From: a virus
Lineage: Duplodnaviria; Caudoviricetes
Direction: 5' to 3' (one strand)
IMG/VR virus record: IMGVR_UViG_3300017761_004947
Coordinates: 1 to 26,602 of that record
Length of the DNA stretch: 26,602 nt
A program made the position numbers and the translations under genes. Within the stretch, counting starts at the first letter, position 1. The number at the start of each line of letters is the position of its first letter. The notes below the pieces were generated by a model that had not been told where the DNA came from, did no database searches, and worked only from the letters and a program-made list of their open reading frames with translations. This document shows positions 25,071 through 26,602 of this stretch, piece by piece.

Positions 25071-26602
25071 TTATGGTTTGTAAAATACAAATATGGGTTC
25101 AAATTTATATGCTTTACCATCATGCTTCACTGCGTTTTTAATACCTGTTTTAGATGGGTCTAATCCTACCATTCGAGTCATTAACATTTTCAATCTACCT
25201 TTATATTCACATCCCAATTCAGTTAGAATATCAATAGAATCTTGTTCTAATGCATAATAGGTATCCTTACCAATTTTAATATCGGCAATGTTCCATAGAA
25301 TGTATCTATCATTTTTAAGATAATCATAAATGGTAGTTAGAGTAGGATGTAAGAAGTTTTGTCTCCAATCCTCATACTCACCATATGCTTTGAATGATTG
25401 ATTCTCATCTTGTGAATATTGTTCTCTATTGAAATATGGAGGTGATGTGAATGCTAAATCCAATTTACCTGCATACTTTTGAAACTTAGGATTATGTTGA
25501 ATCAATTCCGAACCATCTTGAAATAACTCATAAGTGTTTGATTGTTTTTGAACATCAAAGAACTTACCAAATGTTTCTGAATAATCATCTACACAATTTT
25601 TATTGTAGAAATCAGCAACATACTCATAACGTGAAATACCTAATTCCAGTATAAAGTTATCAGGGTTCGGGTCAGTTCCAATGTAATGGGTTTTCTTACG
25701 AGAACTCATTGCACCTAATATCCTACCACCCCATCCACTTGATGAATCATAAATGTGTAAGGGTTCTGATTGTTCAATATGAGATGTGTAATGTTCGTAT
25801 AACCACTTAGCAGTTAGTGCAGGAAAATTCACTGCAGGTTGACCACAACTTAAACGAAACACTTGTAATATCTTTGGAAAAATACCAATTGTTTTATCAT
25901 ACCAACGAATCAGATAGAAAAACTTTTTAACCGTCCCGTCTTTTAAAGTAGTAGATGGTTCAATAGTTTTAATATTAGATAATTGAGTATGCGATAACCA
26001 TCCCTTATCCTTACATTCTTGTACTTGTTCAGCAGTTAAATATAGATTACCAAACCCAATATATTGTTCATTGATAGTACCATAATTATCTAAGGTATCT
26101 TCCTTTACTTTCGCAAGAACAATACCTATGTTTTCGTACTTACCAACGAATACTTTACCTTCATGCACTTTTTGTATAAATTCAATACCAGTTTCACCAT
26201 CCCAAAATTCATTCTCATCTTTCTTATTCACAATAGAACGTGACCACGAATACATAGAATCTTTCTTAACCGCCCTCTTCATTATATGAACGAAGGTATC
26301 TTCTAATTTCGGGTCTGAGAAATGGTCATAAATGGATAATCCACCTTCTGCTGATTTACCAATTGATATTTTGGTTTTCAACATAGTTGGAAAGAATTGA
26401 TTTACTGCTGATGCATCTTTATTGAAGTTTTGTAAAATACCCAATGAGTTATCATCTCCCGTCAAATCTTTTTGAAGGAAATCACAATCATTTGTTTTTA
26501 ACTTTTTGAATGAATCGATTATATCATTCTTATCTTTACCAATAACGGGAGGTACACCATCAGTATCCCATTGTTTAGTTACCTCTACGCGTAGTAACTT
26601 TG
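25071..26602 (-). CDS. Amino-DNA methyltransferase (N4-C or N6-A), 5' end outside the window
   Basis: Motif I YDSSSGWGGR, YIGTDPN, motif IV FTSPPYF; the frame stays open upstream of 26465 to the edge (KLLRVEVTKQWDTDGVPPVIGK...). Confidence 0.88.
   Translation of the reverse strand, partial: KLLRVEVTKQWDTDGVPPVIGKDKNDIIDSFKKLKTNDCDFLQKDLTGDDNSLGILQNFNKDASAVNQFFPTMLKTKISIGKSAEGGLSIYDHFSDPKLEDTFVHIMKRAVKKDSMYSWSRSIVNKKDENEFWDGETGIEFIQKVHEGKVFVGKYENIGIVLAKVKEDTLDNYGTINEQYIGFGNLYLTAEQVQECKDKGWLSHTQLSNIKTIEPSTTLKDGTVKKFFYLIRWYDKTIGIFPKILQVFRLSCGQPAVNFPALTAKWLYEHYTSHIEQSEPLHIYDSSSGWGGRILGAMSSRKKTHYIGTDPNPDNFILELGISRYEYVADFYNKNCVDDYSETFGKFFDVQKQSNTYELFQDGSELIQHNPKFQKYAGKLDLAFTSPPYFNREQYSQDENQSFKAYGEYEDWRQNFLHPTLTTIYDYLKNDRYILWNIADIKIGKDTYYALEQDSIDILTELGCEYKGRLKMLMTRMVGLDPSKTGIKNAVKHDGKAYKFEPIFVFYKP

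Larger units (their letters stand above)
1..26602 (-). mobile_element. Segment of a large dsDNA bacteriophage genome, probable Bacteroidota host
   Basis: gp44/RFC-like and gp62-like clamp loader, GroES without GroEL, dUTPase, PD-(D/E)XK nuclease, DNA MTase; single-strand coding with TAATG/ATGA overlaps; no bacterial housekeeping operons; Bacteroidota-type promoters and signal peptides. Confidence 0.85.

Noticed and set aside
26463-26465. TTG start of the methyltransferase
   Set aside because: The frame is open for another 45 codons to the window edge, so the true start lies outside
1-26602. Stop-codon reassignment, tRNA genes, introns/inteins, IS elements
   Set aside because: Genes are full length under the standard code with TAA, TAG and TGA all used as stops; gaps are about 100 bp or less, AT-rich and show no tRNA-like sequence; no intein or transposase motifs seen

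Overview
AT-rich (roughly 30% GC by eye), tightly packed window with every credible gene on the minus strand. It reads as part of a large dsDNA bacteriophage: RFC/gp44-like and gp62-like clamp-loader subunits, GroES with no GroEL in the window, dUTPase, a Cas4/RecB-like nuclease, an amino-DNA methyltransferase and a twitch-domain radical SAM protein. The host is probably Bacteroidota, judged from TTTG/TTGG-N19-20-TAnnTTTA promoters, A-rich starts mostly lacking a Shine-Dalgarno, and signal peptides followed by Gln. In transcription order (right to left) there are three blocks. (1) A replication/chaperone block, about 26602-18207. (2) A 15.4 kb, 19-gene putative operon (18140-2756) led by a small RHH-like gene and closed by an intrinsic terminator. 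It holds about ten glycosyltransferase-like genes, a DegT aminotransferase plus GNAT, a HAD-nucleotidyltransferase fusion, a GDPD-like enzyme and a StrG-like dioxygenase, with no flippase, polymerase or exporter. (3) The start of an exported-protein operon: a membrane-anchored CsgG/TolB-N-like protein, a secreted cohesin-like/dockerin-like/cohesin-like protein and a secreted PA14-like protein that the ORF track missed. Blocks 2 and 3 are the best candidates for undescribed systems. All product calls come from motif recognition, not database searches.
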